The notes under the pieces: model-generated
The model's input: only the letters and a program-made list of their open reading frames with translations
Database searches by the model: none
What the model was told of the DNA's origin: nothing
Source of the DNA: Phoronis australis
Lineage: Eukaryota > Animalia > Phoronida
DNA: 64,000 bases
Assembly (NCBI GenBank): GCA_002633005.1
Contig: NMRA01000140.1
Span: 620,001 to 684,000, forward strand
Direction: 5' to 3'
Shown here: piece after piece, positions 62,182-64,000 of the stretch
Position numbering within the stretch: the stretch's first letter is position 1
How the letters are laid out: each line of letters begins with the position of its first letter
Made by a program: the position numbers and the translations under genes

Positions 62182-63881
62182 TCACTGTGGAGCTGGGCAC
62201 ACGACATCTCTCTTGTCCGCCCTAACGAACTCTCTGATGTAGTTGTACAAGTACTGTTGTCGTTGCCTGTTAAGTCCAGGAGATGGGACAACAGGTGGCA
62301 TTCCACTTAATACCACACCAGGGACAGCCAAGTCAAAGGAAGATTCCTCATCATCTAACTTTTCACGGTAAAACATGACACCTGGGTTGTCAGCAGTAAA
62401 CCTTAAAAGGGCAAAATACACTGAAGAAGTTTTGACATGCCACTGACACATTAAATGCCTCATCACTTTAAGAAACTGAAACAAAACAAGTATTAGGCTT
62501 TATCACCTTTCTGTACAAGTTATAAATGAGATAAATGAGAGCATACACTTGGTAGTGTCAATACTATCTGAAAGTACTTAACAAAAATCTTTACTGACCT
62601 AAAATGACCCAAAGGCTTAATGCCAGGCATCATTCTGAAAGCTTGGCAGAAAAAGTCTTGCCAGTTGTATGTTGGCACAATGGTATCTCCATCTTCTCTG
62701 CCCACCAACTGCAAAAGGTTAAGATGAGACACTGGTGTGCTGTCCCTCACGGCATCCGCAATGTCATCAAGACAGGACACATGGCACCGGCGATACCTGC
62801 GCTTGAGTAAGCCAAAACACCAGTCTGGTGCGAATTTGGTGTGACCAGGTGGCATGAAGTTGAGGGTGACCTAAAAGTGAAGATTAATAATAATAAACAA
62901 CTAGTCTGGAAAATAACAAAAGTAGTAAGCCAATTAAGTTCAATCCAAATGATATCTTATGGCTGAAAACTATGACCATTAACACAGTGCACATTAATTT
63001 TGTGGCCGAATTCATATGATTATAACAAACAGAAACAAAACGAAAAAAGCAAAGACAATCAGTTTAATGAGATTTATATGAATTGCCAAAAACACTTAAA
63101 AAGCTAGAGTTTTTGGGGGTTCTTGAGATTCTAACGTAATATTATGTATGTCAGTGACCTAAATTGTTTCAATGATCATACCTGTGTGTGAAGACCATTT
63201 TGAACTCTCCAGGCAAAATAAAACAGAACCCACTTGTTTTTGTTCTGGCCAGAGCAGTTGTCGCAATGCAAGTGAAGGGTCTGCTCACCAAGACCATAGT
63301 TCTCAAAGAAGTAATGTAGATAGCTAACGACCACAATGCTGCCCTTGCTACCAGAGTGAGCCTCGTCAATCAGAAAGTTGACCTGAAATGATAATAACAA
63401 TGCACATGAGGACTGCAATGCTATATGACATGCACAAACAAGTTGTTGGTATATTGTGGTAAATTTTACTTTAATTTATTCTTACTTGTTGTGAAACACC
63501 CTCACAACGAACTCCAAATATACCACACTTTCGAGGGGTTAGGAAATAGAGTGGTCCAGGTTGTGCCGCATTGTTTGGATAGTGGATTTGCTGGGCAAAA
63601 TCAAAGCTGTAATGCATCTCAATAGGCTCAGTATTGGCCGCTGTTTGCCTTAAGGTGGTGCATCCTATGGTTGTGGCAGCAGTTTTGGCATCTTTGCATA
63701 GCTGTCGGTAGTAGTTGCGCTCAGCATCAACTGTGGCCAAGTGATCTTGTTGCTGTTGAAGCAGATGTGTCTTCACGGCATTACTCAAGTTGGCACTTCT
63801 AAATATAAATGTGTTGTTCTTCTGGCAACGCCAACAAAGGTCAGTCATAGGCTTTGCTACAACAATATACGGACATACAAG
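62182..63881 (-). CDS. Spliced Sola-type DDD transposase-like protein (5' end unresolved)
   Basis: Exons ~63881-63486, 63382-63182, 62870-62599 and 62401-62182 join in frame through GT/AG with no internal stop. Motifs: PMTDLCWRC, YSFDFAQQIHYP, QPGPLYFLTPRK, NFLIDE, GSKGS, HCDNCSGQNKN, FMPPGHTKFAPDWCFGLLK. Confidence 0.8.
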
Positions 63882-64000
63882 TTACAGTGAATAGGCACTA
63901 TGCTAAAATACAAAATGGTGGTAGGCTGCAGCTACGCCCCACTATAGCACTACTTATACCTTTTTCAATCCTATGCTTGTAAATAAATTCACCTGACATT

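Larger units (their letters stand above)
59967..64000 (-). mobile_element. Sola1-like DNA transposon (one terminus plus transposase; continues past right edge)
   Basis: Candidate end AAAT|GTGACCCAGCACGAC at 59967 (AWWT-type target), a repeat-rich subterminal region 60190-61900, and a transposase gene pointing toward this end. The terminus is inferred. Confidence 0.55.

Noticed and set aside
1-64000. CRISPR array, prokaryotic operon, rRNA or tRNA genes
   Set aside because: The genes are spliceosomal-intron-containing; I saw no repeat-spacer array, cloverleaf or rRNA sequence.

Overview
Eukaryotic, AT-rich, intron-containing animal DNA; a lophotrochozoan-like invertebrate is inferred from gene and repeat types only. 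It holds three spliced host genes: the 5' part of a mitochondrial acetyl-CoA hydrolase/CoA-transferase (minus strand, runs off the left edge), a complete 5-exon glyoxylate/hydroxypyruvate reductase-like D-2-hydroxyacid dehydrogenase (+), and a 2-exon melatonin-receptor-like class A GPCR (+). Mobile DNA includes a degenerate Ty1/Copia element with a half-tRNA(iMet)-type PBS, an intron-containing Sola1-like transposase at the right edge, TTAA-flanked Kolobok-like elements, several MITE families with 5-bp TSDs, a Helentron/HINE-like array carrying CTCF-like motifs, and LINE RT remnants. The most intriguing unannotated signal is intron 1 of the CoA-transferase. It contains a ~190-nt sense-strand multibranch RNA fold that sequesters a GUAAGU donor, flanked by two candidate stop-containing cassette exons, which suggests a regulated splicing/NMD switch. 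Single N characters at 4918, 23760 and 59271 mark assembly uncertainty. All coordinates were read by eye and may be off by a few bases.
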